From sequence record DRR378314_598: DNA of 37,031 nt; one strand, given 5' to 3'. The notes under the pieces were generated by a model. The model saw nothing but the letters and a program-made list of their open reading frames with translations. It did not search any database and was not told where the DNA came from. A program made the position numbers and the translations under genes. Positions 10,391 to 20,525 of this stretch are shown piece after piece (within the stretch, counting starts at the first letter, position 1; every line of letters begins with the position of its first letter).

Positions 10391-11827
10391 TCAGGCAGTT
10401 TGTACGACGTTGCCTGCAGCTGTCTCACGACGGCCGGCACGAATTGTCTGATAACAGTTATAAGCCATCAGCAACATACCAATTACAATGAAAACACCAC
10501 CGATAAAACGGCCTGTCCAGAATGGGTATGATGCCTGAACACTCTCTACGAAACTGTAAGTTAAGGTTCCGTCAGAGTTTGTCGCACGCCACATAAGACC
10601 TTGCATCACACCTGAAATCCACATTGAGACGATGTAGAAAACAACGCCAATAGTGTGTAGCCAGAAATGAACGTTCACCAGCTTAATGCTGTGAATTTCT
10701 TTCTGGTTAAACAGGCGAGGTACCAGGTAGTACATGGAACCGATAGTGATCATAGCAACCCAGCCTAAAGCACCTGAGTGTACGTGACCCACAGTCCAGT
10801 CTGTATAGTGAGAAAGTGCGTTCACTGATTTGATTGCCATCATCGGGCCTTCGAAAGTCGACATGCCGTAGAATGACAGAGAAACAATTAAGAAACGCAA
10901 GATTGGGTCGGTTCGTAGCTTATGCCATGCACCAGATAACGTCATGATACCGTTAATCATGCCGCCCCATGAAGGCACGAACAGGATAACAGACATGACC
11001 ATACCGACCGACTGAGTCCAGTCTGGTAACGCGGTATAGTGTAAATGGTGAGGTCCGGCCCAGATGTATAAAGAAATAAGGGCCCAGAAGTGAACAACCG
11101 ACAAGCGGTAAGAGTAAACAGGGCGCTCAGCTTGCTTCGGTACAAAGTAATACATCATACCCAGGAAGCCAGCGGTCAGTAGGAAACCTACCGCGTTATG
11201 CCCATACCACCATTGAACCATGGCATCGACAGCACCTGAATAGATTGAATAAGACTTCATAAATGACACTGGTAAAGCGAAGCTATTCACAATGTGCAGC
11301 ATGGCGATAACGATAATGAAACCACCGTAGAACCAGTTAGCCACATAAATGTGCGATGTTTTACGAATAGCCAGTGTGCCGAAGAAGACGATTAAGTAAG
11401 CCACCCAGACGACAGTAATTAAAATGTCGATAGGCCACTCAAGCTCAGCGTATTCTTTCGTGCTGGTAAGACCCATAGGCAGAGTAATAACGGCTGCCAC
11501 TATAACGGCCTGCCACCCCCAGAAAGTGAAAGCGGCCAACTTGTCTGAGAACAAGCTCACTCTACACGTTTTCTGAACAACATAGTAAGAAGTGGCAAAA
11601 AGAGCGCTGGTACCAAACGCGAAAATAACAGCGTTTGTATGTAGCGGGCGAAGACGGGAGTAGGTTAGCCAGGGAGTATTGAAGTTAAGCTCTGGCCAGA
11701 CAAGCTGGGCAGCTATCAATACGCCTACAGACATACCGACGATACCCCAAATGATCGTCATGACAGTAAACTGCCGGACGACTTTCATATTATATTCGAT
11801 CGGTTGTTGTGGAATTGTTTGACTCAT
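10391..11827 (-). CDS. ccoN: cbb3-type cytochrome c oxidase subunit I
   Basis: [40 protein letters not shown]. Confidence 0.98.
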   Translation of the reverse strand: MSQTIPQQPIEYNMKVVRQFTVMTIIWGIVGMSVGVLIAAQLVWPELNFNTPWLTYSRLRPLHTNAVIFAFGTSALFATSYYVVQKTCRVSLFSDKLAAFTFWGWQAVIVAAVITLPMGLTSTKEYAELEWPIDILITVVWVAYLIVFFGTLAIRKTSHIYVANWFYGGFIIVIAMLHIVNSFALPVSFMKSYSIYSGAVDAMVQWWYGHNAVGFLLTAGFLGMMYYFVPKQAERPVYSYRLSVVHFWALISLYIWAGPHHLHYTALPDWTQSVGMVMSVILFVPSWGGMINGIMTLSGAWHKLRTDPILRFLIVSLSFYGMSTFEGPMMAIKSVNALSHYTDWTVGHVHSGALGWVAMITIGSMYYLVPRLFNQKEIHSIKLVNVHFWLHTIGVVFYIVSMWISGVMQGLMWRATNSDGTLTYSFVESVQASYPFWTGRFIGGVFIVIGMLLMAYNCYQTIRAGRRETAAGNVVQTA

Positions 11828-11931
11828 CTTTTAAATCCGCAGTGATGTAAAATCAGGAAAAAGGTGACTTTTACCAGACAGACACAATCCATGTAAAAGT
11901 GCATTTATTTTACGTCTTGTGAGTTGAAAGG

Positions 11932-11960
11932 TACAGGGGAGATTACCAGTATCCCCTGTA
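11932..11960. terminator. Stem-loop downstream of the MCP gene (probable terminator)
   Basis: TACAGGGGA-N11-TCCCCTGTA, 9 nt past the MCP stop. Confidence 0.6.
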
Positions 11961-11969
11961 TTTTTAAGG

Positions 11970-13610
11970 TTATTTTGTCTTAAACCGACTGACAAGTTGA
12001 CTCAAATCAATACTGTTTTTACTCAAATCCCGGCTGACTTCAGCAACGCGTGTATTAGCGTCCTGATTGGCTTGAGAAAGGTCGGAAATGCCAGTGATAT
12101 TCTCGTTCAGATCTTTAGTTACCCGACTCTGCTCGTCGGTCGCAGAAGCAATTTGTATATTCATGCTCGATATATTCGCAACGGCTTCCTGAATCTGACT
12201 TATCGCTTGCTCGGCTTTCAGAGCCTCCTCGTTTGTAGAGGACGAACGACGTTCAACATCGCTGATGATCTGGCTCACGTCTTTAATCGCACTCTGGATA
12301 CTTTCCACAATAGAAGATATTTCATCCGTTGAATGCTGAGTTCGGGTTGCCAGCGTTCGAACTTCATCAGCAACGACCGCAAACCCGCGTCCGGCATCGC
12401 CAGCGCGAGCAGCCTCAATAGCCGCATTTAACGCCAGTAAGTTGGTTTGTTCCGCTATAGCAACAATGACGCCGAGTATGTTTCCTATTTTGTCAGAGCC
12501 GTCTTGCAGTAAGCGGGCTTTTTCGCCTGCTTTACCCAGCTCAGAAGTCAGTGCTTCGATGTTATTAACAGACTCTCGTACGATGATAGCAGAGCGTCCG
12601 GCTTCTTCGTCTGCCGTGTTGGCCGAGTCAGCCGCCTGGCGAGCGTGATCTGCAACTTCTGAGGCTGAGGACGACAGTTCGGTAATGGCTGTCGCAACAG
12701 AACTTGTTTGCGAGCTAAGCTCATCACTTTGACGACTGCTTGTACCTGATAACTCAGTCAGCTGACTTGCAGCTTCGCTCTCATTCCTAGCACTTTCCTG
12801 AACACTTTGAACAAGTTGCTGAATTTTGTGAACAAAGGTGTTGAATGATTTTGCTAGTCGGGCGAGCTCATCAGAACCCGATTCATTCAGTCGTCTAGTC
12901 AAATCACCTTCGCCTTCGGCGATATCGAACATAGCGCTATTAATGGTTTTTAAAGGGCTGGTGATACTGCGTATGATGACAACAAATAACAAAAGCAGGG
13001 GCACGGATAAAACAACGGCTAAACCAGCCAATTTAAAAAACTCCTGCCATAAAATAGCGGTAATGTTGTCGCTGTACTGTCCTGTGCCAAGGATAATATT
13101 CCATGGTTCAAAAACTCGTATTCGGCTGACTTTCGCGACGAGGTTATTGGCGTCACTGCCTTTTTGCCAAACATATTTTACGGTGGCCTCATTGGCCGAA
13201 CGAGCTTTTTGGACCATTTCCTGAAACAGACGTGTTCCTTCAGGGTCCTCATAACTCATGACATCCTTACCAACTAACTGTTTAGTAAAAGGATGTTGAA
13301 CCAGAATTCCATCACGATTCAGTGTGAAAATGTACTCGCTGCCTTCGTATCGAATGCCATCGAGACTGGTATAAGCTCTATTTTTGGCTTCTTCCTCAGT
13401 CAGATTACCATCCTGATATTGGTTATGGTAATGACTAACAACGCTGTGCGCCGTATCAAGAACCGAGTCGAGCTTGCGCTTTTCTTCCTTAACCAACAGG
13501 TTATTCAATAGAAACATCATAAAGGCAACCATCAGGGCGGTTCCTAAAGCAGCTATACCCAATAATGATATCAGTCTCTGCGTGATACTTAACTGCTGTA
13601 CGATTTTCAT
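11970..13610 (-). CDS. Methyl-accepting chemotaxis protein (single Cache sensor, HAMP, signalling domain)
   Basis: Two TMs around a Cache-like region (RYEGSEYIF...QHP...YVWQK); [34 protein letters not shown]. Confidence 0.96.
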   Translation of the reverse strand: MKIVQQLSITQRLISLLGIAALGTALMVAFMMFLLNNLLVKEEKRKLDSVLDTAHSVVSHYHNQYQDGNLTEEEAKNRAYTSLDGIRYEGSEYIFTLNRDGILVQHPFTKQLVGKDVMSYEDPEGTRLFQEMVQKARSANEATVKYVWQKGSDANNLVAKVSRIRVFEPWNIILGTGQYSDNITAILWQEFFKLAGLAVVLSVPLLLLFVVIIRSITSPLKTINSAMFDIAEGEGDLTRRLNESGSDELARLAKSFNTFVHKIQQLVQSVQESARNESEAASQLTELSGTSSRQSDELSSQTSSVATAITELSSSASEVADHARQAADSANTADEEAGRSAIIVRESVNNIEALTSELGKAGEKARLLQDGSDKIGNILGVIVAIAEQTNLLALNAAIEAARAGDAGRGFAVVADEVRTLATRTQHSTDEISSIVESIQSAIKDVSQIISDVERRSSSTNEEALKAEQAISQIQEAVANISSMNIQIASATDEQSRVTKDLNENITGISDLSQANQDANTRVAEVSRDLSKNSIDLSQLVSRFKTK

Positions 13611-13709
13611 TAATAGTCCTTATTCAATCGTCGGAAAGCTTTCGTAATAGGCTATCGGCAGTTTACAAAATCTTTACAGCAGAAAAGTAGCTTAATAATG
13701 TTTATTTTT

Positions 13710-16700
13710 CTAGGACTTGATCTTTCTCCCTTTAAGTACCAACGCAGATAAAGCCGGCAAGGTAAATACTGTAACTAATGCGGCGCCGATTAAGCCAAAC
13801 ATCACAATAGCCCCAACGCCCCTGTATAACTCCGTGCCGGCTCCGGGGATAAAAACCAGAGGCGCAATACCGCATAACGTGGTTAATGTAGTGATGGTTA
13901 TAGGGCGTACGCGCGACAGCAAACCTTCCTGAACCGCCTCTTTAAGTGAGTAGTTCTCTTTATCGCGAAGATAAATTGCCCGCTCAATGACCAGAATAGG
14001 GTTGTTAATGACGGTTCCCATAAGAATGAGAAAGCCGAGCATGGTAATCATGTCAAAAGGCTGACTCAGTGGCTGTAACCCAACAACGGGTAAAAGCTGG
14101 CCAACACCGTTCATAAGAGCCAACCCGGCTATCCCGGCACTTATCCCCATGGGTATGGTTGCCATTATCAGTAGCGGATAGCCCCAGTGCGCAAAAATAG
14201 CGACCATCAGCAGGTAAATAATGGCGATGGAAATAACATAGTTTTCACTTAAGGCCGCCTGGGTTTCTGCAAGCTGGTCAGCGGCCCCGGATAACTGGGT
14301 TGAAATATCGGCAGCTATGACACCTTGCTTCCGTAAGTGCTGCAAGACGTCTGAACGAACTATTTCAACTCCAGATTCAAGTGCAACTGACTCGGGAGGT
14401 ATAATGTTTAAGGTTACTGTACGGCGACTATCGACCCGGCGCACGGTACTGGTATCAACAATCTCGCGTACATCGCTTATAGCATTCAGTACCACAGGCC
14501 GACCGTTGACATTAAGTAGTGGCAAGTCATCCAGCATCTCCGGTGTCACTTCTGTGCCTTTATTGCTATACAGGTACATATCAATTTTATCGTCACCCTG
14601 AAAATATTCACCGACAAAGGCGCCGTCAGTTAATGCAGAAACAGCATAACCAAAACTGTCCGCATCCAGACCTAATTCACTCATCCGTTCCCAGTCAGGA
14701 CGCACCTCTAATAAAGGCTGGGCCAGAGTAAGAGAGTTCGGTGTAGATTGAATTCTGGGGTCATCGAAAACCTCTTGCGAGCGATCATAAATGGCTCGTG
14801 CGGCCGCATAAACTTCGTTGAGCTCTTGTCCACCAACATCGACATTAATGCTACGGGTACCACCATCATTGCTGCTGATAATGGAGCCTTTAGCTGCAAA
14901 GGCCCGCATGCCGGGGTAGCGTTCATAAACTTCGGTGATGATTTCCATAAGTTCATCAATCCGGCTTTTATCCCGGGTTTCGGCAATAATTCTAATATTC
15001 GACGGAGCGACGCTTAAGCTCATTGTTTTTAACGAAGGAATAGTGACTCCCGAGCGAGTAACCTCATTATCTTCCGTCGTTAATGCCGGGTCGAAAATGT
15101 CACGTATTTCGTCTCCAATCGCAGACATAGTTTGCAAGTTATAGCCGGGTGGGGCGCTCATAGTGGCAAAAGTTTTAGCTTCTTCCCCCTCAGGCAAGTA
15201 CTCTGCGGGGGGCATTAGAAACCACCAAATAGCCACTACTGCGAGAAAAGTGACTCCAACGGTACTGAGTTTTGACTTTTTGGAACGCAAAAGCCGGCTA
15301 GTGACGGCTTCAATTCGGTTGGTCAGTTTGTCTGTTACTTTTGTTTTTGCCTCTGCAGGAAAGTAAGCCGCGAGTAAAGGTACTAAGGTCACAGAAACAA
15401 ACATGGAAGCGATAATCGATGCCGAAATAGCAATAGCGATATCGGAGTACAATTGTCCGGCTTCCTGAACAATAAAGAGAATTGGAAGGAAGACCATGAC
15501 AGTTGTCAGGGTAGAGGTGAGCACGGCGGTCCAGACTCGTTTTACCCCTTCAACCGCAGCGTCTTTAGGGTTTAGCCCTTTTTGTCGTTCCAGCTCAATA
15601 CTTTCTAACACGACAATGGTGTTGTCCAGCGTCATGCCAATAGCGAATGCAATACCAGCTAATGAAATGACGTTGATGGTTCTGTCCAGCAGCAACAGCC
15701 CCAGAAATCCGGCCAGAGTACAAATTGGAATGCCGATAACCGCAATTAAAGTGGCTCGAGCGGAACGCATCAAACCATACATAACCAGAGTTGCAAACAG
15801 GGCGCCTAACAGTAAATTCACTAAAACATTCTGAACCGAGCTTTCCACATAACGAACATCATCAGAGTTTAGTGTAATTTCCATACCGGCCGGGCGCAGC
15901 AACTCCTCGTTAATGCGCTCAACTTCGTCCAGCATGGTGTATTTTATGTCAATGACATTAGAACCCAGCTCACGCTGAACCTGAAGGCTTAGCACCTGCT
16001 GGCCTTTAAACCAGGACTCACTGTTCAGTTCAAAGTGATTAAAGTCGATATCGGCGACATCTTTTAATCGAACCAGACTGTCACCGGTTCTGCGAATAAT
16101 GGTATTTTCTATTTCCTCAAGCGAATCAAAACGACCCACCGTGCGCAGCAGGAAACGGCGTTTTCCTTGCTCAAGCTCTCCGGCAGAGGTATCTCTGTTA
16201 CGGCCGCTTATTGATGTTCTTACGTCAGCAACCGATACGTTGTACTGAATCAGTGCATCTTTATCCATCAGAATACGAACTTGTCTTTGTGCACCGCCAC
16301 TGACATTCACTTGTGATACGCCCGCGACCGAAGACATTCTTGGACGAACGTTGTCTTCTATGTAATCGCGCATCATGATCATGTTGATGTTTTTAGGATT
16401 ATCCTTAATTGGCGCTACCCGAAAGTACATAAACGCATTACTTGAGAAGGAAGCCGAGAAAATACGAGGCTCATCGACGTTCTCGGGGTAATCCGGAACC
16501 TGACTTAACGCATTGTTAACCAGAATTAATGTTTCGGTAACATCAACCCCGAAAGGAAAGTCCAGTTCTATGCTTGCTTCGCCATTACTGGCACTGCTTT
16601 CCATACGTTGTAAGTTGGGGACAGTGCGAAGAAACTCTTCCTGTTCAATTAGTATCTCTTTTTCGATATCCTGCGGTGTGGCACCCGGCCATTGAGTCTG

Positions 16701-16835
16701 TACAGAAATCGTTCTGACTTCTAAATCAGGTATCATTTGTACCGGAATACGTAATGCTGCCGTTATGCCCAGTAAACAAAGTATTAAAATGGCGACGATG
16801 GTGACATGTTTATGCTTTATTACGGCTTCAATCAT
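13710..16835 (-). CDS. RND family efflux transporter permease (AcrB/AcrD/AcrF-like)
   Basis: 1041 aa, two large periplasmic loops, PGATPQDIEKEI, RVRPITITT. Confidence 0.93.
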   Translation of the reverse strand: MIEAVIKHKHVTIVAILILCLLGITAALRIPVQMIPDLEVRTISVQTQWPGATPQDIEKEILIEQEEFLRTVPNLQRMESSASNGEASIELDFPFGVDVTETLILVNNALSQVPDYPENVDEPRIFSASFSSNAFMYFRVAPIKDNPKNINMIMMRDYIEDNVRPRMSSVAGVSQVNVSGGAQRQVRILMDKDALIQYNVSVADVRTSISGRNRDTSAGELEQGKRRFLLRTVGRFDSLEEIENTIIRRTGDSLVRLKDVADIDFNHFELNSESWFKGQQVLSLQVQRELGSNVIDIKYTMLDEVERINEELLRPAGMEITLNSDDVRYVESSVQNVLVNLLLGALFATLVMYGLMRSARATLIAVIGIPICTLAGFLGLLLLDRTINVISLAGIAFAIGMTLDNTIVVLESIELERQKGLNPKDAAVEGVKRVWTAVLTSTLTTVMVFLPILFIVQEAGQLYSDIAIAISASIIASMFVSVTLVPLLAAYFPAEAKTKVTDKLTNRIEAVTSRLLRSKKSKLSTVGVTFLAVVAIWWFLMPPAEYLPEGEEAKTFATMSAPPGYNLQTMSAIGDEIRDIFDPALTTEDNEVTRSGVTIPSLKTMSLSVAPSNIRIIAETRDKSRIDELMEIITEVYERYPGMRAFAAKGSIISSNDGGTRSINVDVGGQELNEVYAAARAIYDRSQEVFDDPRIQSTPNSLTLAQPLLEVRPDWERMSELGLDADSFGYAVSALTDGAFVGEYFQGDDKIDMYLYSNKGTEVTPEMLDDLPLLNVNGRPVVLNAISDVREIVDTSTVRRVDSRRTVTLNIIPPESVALESGVEIVRSDVLQHLRKQGVIAADISTQLSGAADQLAETQAALSENYVISIAIIYLLMVAIFAHWGYPLLIMATIPMGISAGIAGLALMNGVGQLLPVVGLQPLSQPFDMITMLGFLILMGTVINNPILVIERAIYLRDKENYSLKEAVQEGLLSRVRPITITTLTTLCGIAPLVFIPGAGTELYRGVGAIVMFGLIGAALVTVFTLPALSALVLKGRKIKS

Positions 16836-17907
16836 AGTCAGCAGACTCCGTAAGCTTTAGTGCCTGACCATCAGTTAGAGCTTCATTACCGCGTACTATG
16901 ACTCTCTCGCCTTCACTTACACCGCTTTCCACCTCGACATAGCCATTAAAGCGTAAGCCGAGCTCAACGGACAGTTCCTTAGCTTGCCATTCACCATTTT
17001 CGTTCACCGCTATCCAGACAGAGGTTCTGCCATCACTGTAACGAACAACCGCATCCTGAGGCACAGAGGCCTGAACCCGTCCGGTGTCTATCTCAAATGA
17101 GGCTTCTAATGGAATGCCAACAATCCAGTTATCAGGGTAATCCCCAGTCAGGCGAACCTGAAAAGAACGATCATTTCCATCCACAAAAGGCACTATGCGA
17201 CTTAAACGAGCATCAATAGTTGTATCTTTGTAGCTAAGCGATGCTTGAGTATCAGAGTTTATAGAGGAATAGTAAGACTGCGAAAGAAACACATCAGCAT
17301 GCTGATTGTCACTGCCGACCAACTGAAAAACGATCTGATCGGCACTTAGCCATTCGCCTAAATCCGCAGTGCGACTAGCAATAACGCCGTCGAAAGGTGC
17401 TGTAAGTTGATGATAATTTTGATTAACTTCGGTTTCGTTTAGCAATGCTTTTGTTTCTGCAAGCTGTGCCTGTGCAACCTGAACCCGGGTACGTGAGCGC
17501 CTTAAATCGCTAGTGGGAACAAAATCGGTTTCAGCTAACTCTTCCAGTTCACTTAGCTGCTGTTTTTCGTCGGCAAGACTGGCTTTAGCGCTGTCGACCT
17601 GAGCCTGTAAAGATTCTATAGTCGAATTAATTTGACGCGCGTCTAACCGTGCAAGCAAATCTCCTTTGCTCACTCTGTCACCTATATCCTTGTTCAGGCT
17701 CAATAACTTTCCTTCGACAGCAAAACTGAGTTGAGAGTTATTCAAAGCGGATAGGGTGGTCGGTAAGTCAACGCTATTAATTATCGGCTGCTTTTTAGCT
17801 TTAACATACTCAACGGGAGCCTGGGCCCAGGCCGCGTTGCTAAATACTGCCAGCATTAATAGTAACGGAATTAAAAAAACAGACTGCCTGAACCATGATG
17901 CCATCAT
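16828..17907 (-). CDS. RND periplasmic adaptor (membrane fusion protein)
   Basis: Lipoyl-like GDRVSKGDLLARLD, helical hairpin, TAPFDGVI; overlaps the RND start. Confidence 0.92.
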   Translation of the reverse strand: MMASWFRQSVFLIPLLLMLAVFSNAAWAQAPVEYVKAKKQPIINSVDLPTTLSALNNSQLSFAVEGKLLSLNKDIGDRVSKGDLLARLDARQINSTIESLQAQVDSAKASLADEKQQLSELEELAETDFVPTSDLRRSRTRVQVAQAQLAETKALLNETEVNQNYHQLTAPFDGVIASRTADLGEWLSADQIVFQLVGSDNQHADVFLSQSYYSSINSDTQASLSYKDTTIDARLSRIVPFVDGNDRSFQVRLTGDYPDNWIVGIPLEASFEIDTGRVQASVPQDAVVRYSDGRTSVWIAVNENGEWQAKELSVELGLRFNGYVEVESGVSEGERVIVRGNEALTDGQALKLTESADYD

Positions 17908-18009
17908 TCGTACTCAGCTATTTTGTTAAAAGGAAGTTGTCTATATGTTACGCAAATTGAGTCAGATTCGATTACTATTGTAGATTACAGAGACAATTAA
18001 GGGGCTTGT

Positions 18010-18201
18010 ATGAGCTTAACGGATCCGAAAACATTCGAATGTCCTTATTGTATGGCAATAAATGACATTGAAATTGATTGGATAAATGATATTGGCCAAC
18101 ATCAGATTGTCGATTGTCAGATCTGTTGTCAGCCAATAGAGATCGAAATTCTGCAACTCGGGGACGATGTGCAGATTAAAGCGCACCGTGATGATGAATA
18201 A
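18010..18201 (+). CDS. CPXCG-motif cysteine-rich small protein
   Basis: CPYC...DCQICCQPI pattern. Confidence 0.85.
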   Translation: MSLTDPKTFECPYCMAINDIEIDWINDIGQHQIVDCQICCQPIEIEILQLGDDVQIKAHRDDE

Positions 18202-18218
18202 GGTGCGCTTTTAAAAAG

Positions 18219-18779
18219 TTATATTGTTTCAATTTCCTGTTCAGCTTCTTTGAAGCCTTGTTGGCGTGGTTCGTCACCCATGTTCATGCCCTCGGCGCGG
18301 ATGATGGTCACGTCGGTAATACCGATAAAAGCAAGTGCCTGTTTTAAATAGCTTTCCTGGTGGTCCATAGCCTGGGCTTCACCTTGAGAATAGATACCAC
18401 CCCGACCCGACGCGATATAAACTTTTTTGTCATTTACCAGGCCTTGAGGGCCTTGTTCTGTATATCTAAAAGTGACACCAGCTTGCAATACACGGTCAAA
18501 CCAAGCTTTTAGCTGAGTCGGAATAGTGAAGTTATACATTGGCGCACCAATGACAAGCGTATCTGCATCGAGCAGTTCCTGAACCAGCTCATCAATCAAA
18601 GGCTTCTCTTCAGCTAATAACTCATCAGCTGCCAGGTGAGGAACAGGGTTTGCAACCAAGTCTCGGTGAACAAGGGTAATCTCTTGTTTTTCTTTAAGTT
18701 TATTAACAATGTTCTGACTAACCTGACGGCTAACAGATTGTTCTAAAAAGATACCTGAATCCAAATGTAAAACTTTCAT
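18219..18779 (-). CDS. azoR: FMN-dependent NADH-azoreductase
   Basis: APMYNFTIPTQLKAWFD, AGVTFRYTEQGPQGL, SGRGGIY. Confidence 0.93.
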   Translation of the reverse strand: MKVLHLDSGIFLEQSVSRQVSQNIVNKLKEKQEITLVHRDLVANPVPHLAADELLAEEKPLIDELVQELLDADTLVIGAPMYNFTIPTQLKAWFDRVLQAGVTFRYTEQGPQGLVNDKKVYIASGRGGIYSQGEAQAMDHQESYLKQALAFIGITDVTIIRAEGMNMGDEPRQQGFKEAEQEIETI

Positions 18780-18820
18780 AGAAACCTCTTCGTTTTTTTA
18801 ATTGATGCAAGGAGTATAAT

Positions 18821-18878
18821 TCGTTCCAATTAATCTAATAAGTGGTTAAAATGGAAACTATCGTTCCAAATTCGGAAC
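18821..18878. promoter_or_regulatory. Probable LysR binding sites between divergent azoR and lysR
   Basis: GTTCC-aaattc-GGAAC dyad (18863-18878) containing T-N11-A; TCGTTCCAA repeated at 18821 and 18861. Confidence 0.5.
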
Positions 18879-18894
18879 CGTAGAGGTTTTCTTA

Positions 18895-19806
18895 ATGTCC
18901 TTTCCTGATGTCACAAACTACTACCTGTTCGCTCAGGTTATGGCCTGCGGCAGTATCAGCGCAGCCTCACGAGAGCTCGGCTTGCCCAAATCCACCATAA
19001 GCCGAAAAATGGCTTTACTTGAACAAGAGCAGGGCACCCGGTTGTTTCACAGAAGCCGATCAGGACTTAAACTAACCGACGTTGGACGTGAGTTTCTGGT
19101 GCACTGCGAGCGACTTGTCAGCGCGGCTGAATCGGCTCAGCAAGTGACACAACGTTTACTGGATAAACCCCGGGGGAAAGTTGAAATAAGTGCGCCCTAT
19201 GCTTTAAGTCAAAGCTTGTTAGTCCAGGTGTTACCTGAATTTATGAGCTTGTATCCGGAAGTTGAAATTCAGCTTGTTGTGACAAACCGGCCAGTTAACT
19301 TAATAGAAGAGGGCATCGACATTGCTTTACGCGTACGAAAAAATATAGAAGACTCCAGTTTAATAGCCAGACCCATAAGTCAGGCTCCTCAAACCCTTTA
19401 TATCTCTCCCGATTTAATAAATCAGAACTCAATAACTGAGCCTGAGGACTTATTAACGTTCGAACATTTGAGTATGCATTACACCAACGGACGATATGGT
19501 TATGAATTGATCCATAGTTCAGGGCAGCAAAAAAACATCAGAATAAAACCCCGGCTTATCACCGACGACATGATTGTCTTACGAGAAGCTGCAATAAAAA
19601 AACTTGGTATTGTCGCTTTGCCAAATTACCTCTGTAACGATGCAGTGAATAGCGGGGAACTCGTCCCCGTTTTAACCGACTGGCATCTACCCATCGGAAT
19701 TATGCATATAACGTACTCGCACCGACGCGGAATATTGCCGGCAGTGCGTGTCCTTATCGATTTCCTCGCTGAAAAGCTTCCGCATCTTGCACAGCAGCAG
19801 TTTTAA
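18895..19806 (+). CDS. LysR family transcriptional regulator (CrgA-like)
   Basis: GSISAASRELGLPKSTISRK HTH; VNLIEEGIDIALR. Confidence 0.95.
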   Translation: MSFPDVTNYYLFAQVMACGSISAASRELGLPKSTISRKMALLEQEQGTRLFHRSRSGLKLTDVGREFLVHCERLVSAAESAQQVTQRLLDKPRGKVEISAPYALSQSLLVQVLPEFMSLYPEVEIQLVVTNRPVNLIEEGIDIALRVRKNIEDSSLIARPISQAPQTLYISPDLINQNSITEPEDLLTFEHLSMHYTNGRYGYELIHSSGQQKNIRIKPRLITDDMIVLREAAIKKLGIVALPNYLCNDAVNSGELVPVLTDWHLPIGIMHITYSHRRGILPAVRVLIDFLAEKLPHLAQQQF

Positions 19807-19843
19807 AAAGTAAGTGCTTCGTACTAGCGTTATACTGACATAG

Positions 19844-20176
19844 TTATGATTTAACATAATATACATTATACGCAATCATCATCACTGGCGTTATCATCAT
19901 CACTAAACTGGCCGCTGTGCTCGTCAATAACTTTACCCATGCTTCCCGTTCTTTTTTCGATTTTGACTTGTCCATATTCGATTTGATTAGAACAATCTCC
20001 GGACGAATCTCTAATGCTTCAGCTAACGTCACTAACTGTTCGTTTGTGAATCGCAATTCACCTTTGCGAACCCTAGAAACATTGGGCTGTAGCATTCCTA
20101 AGAACGCAGCAGTCTCGCTGACATTCTTTCCAGTTTTCTCCATGAAGTCTTTCAATAACTCTTGGCTGTAACTCAT
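19844..20176 (-). CDS. Phage XRE-type HTH repressor; 3' end encoded by dif
   Basis: NVSETAAFLGMLQPNVSRVRKG HTH; AGGAGG RBS; divergent from the replication operon; hydrophobic C-terminus. Confidence 0.85.
   Translation of the reverse strand: MSYSQELLKDFMEKTGKNVSETAAFLGMLQPNVSRVRKGELRFTNEQLVTLAEALEIRPEIVLIKSNMDKSKSKKEREAWVKLLTSTAASLVMMITPVMMIAYNVYYVKS
19849..19876 (-). other. dif: Chromosomal dif site (XerCD), intact copy = left prophage junction
   Basis: Minus strand ATTGCGTATAA-TGTATA-TTATGTTAAAT; 25/28 identical to E. coli dif, with perfect spacer and XerD arm. Confidence 0.95.
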
Positions 20177-20302
20177 CGCTTATTCCTCCTAGTGATCAAT
20201 ATCTAATTTTATATACAAAAGTCATATTTGCAAATTATTCAAAACTGTATATAAATATATAATGTTTTATATGGACAAATTGTCAAAATAAGGACTAAGG
20301 CA

Positions 20303-20521
20303 ATGGCTAACGTATCAGACACGTTTTTAGACAAAGCGATTCACGGTTTTGGTAACCGTCCACGCCTAACTATGGTGGGACTTGAGGAAGATTTAGGTTA
20401 TCACCGCAAAATGATCGCAAAGCTCAATGCTGCAGTCCCGTTAACCCGACAGCAGCGCGAACGCCTATCACATCATCACGCTCAAGTTCAGCGCATCCAG
20501 CAACTTATCAGTTTGCGGTGA
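20303..20521 (+). CDS. Phage hypothetical protein (first gene of the rightward operon)
   Basis: AAGG RBS; 4 nt before rep. Confidence 0.7.
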   Translation: MANVSDTFLDKAIHGFGNRPRLTMVGLEEDLGYHRKMIAKLNAAVPLTRQQRERLSHHHAQVQRIQQLISLR

Positions 20522-20525
20522 AATT

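Noticed and set aside
19687-19875. 62-aa minus-strand ORF starting inside dif
   Set aside because: Antisense to the LysR 3' end, no RBS, no recognisable features.
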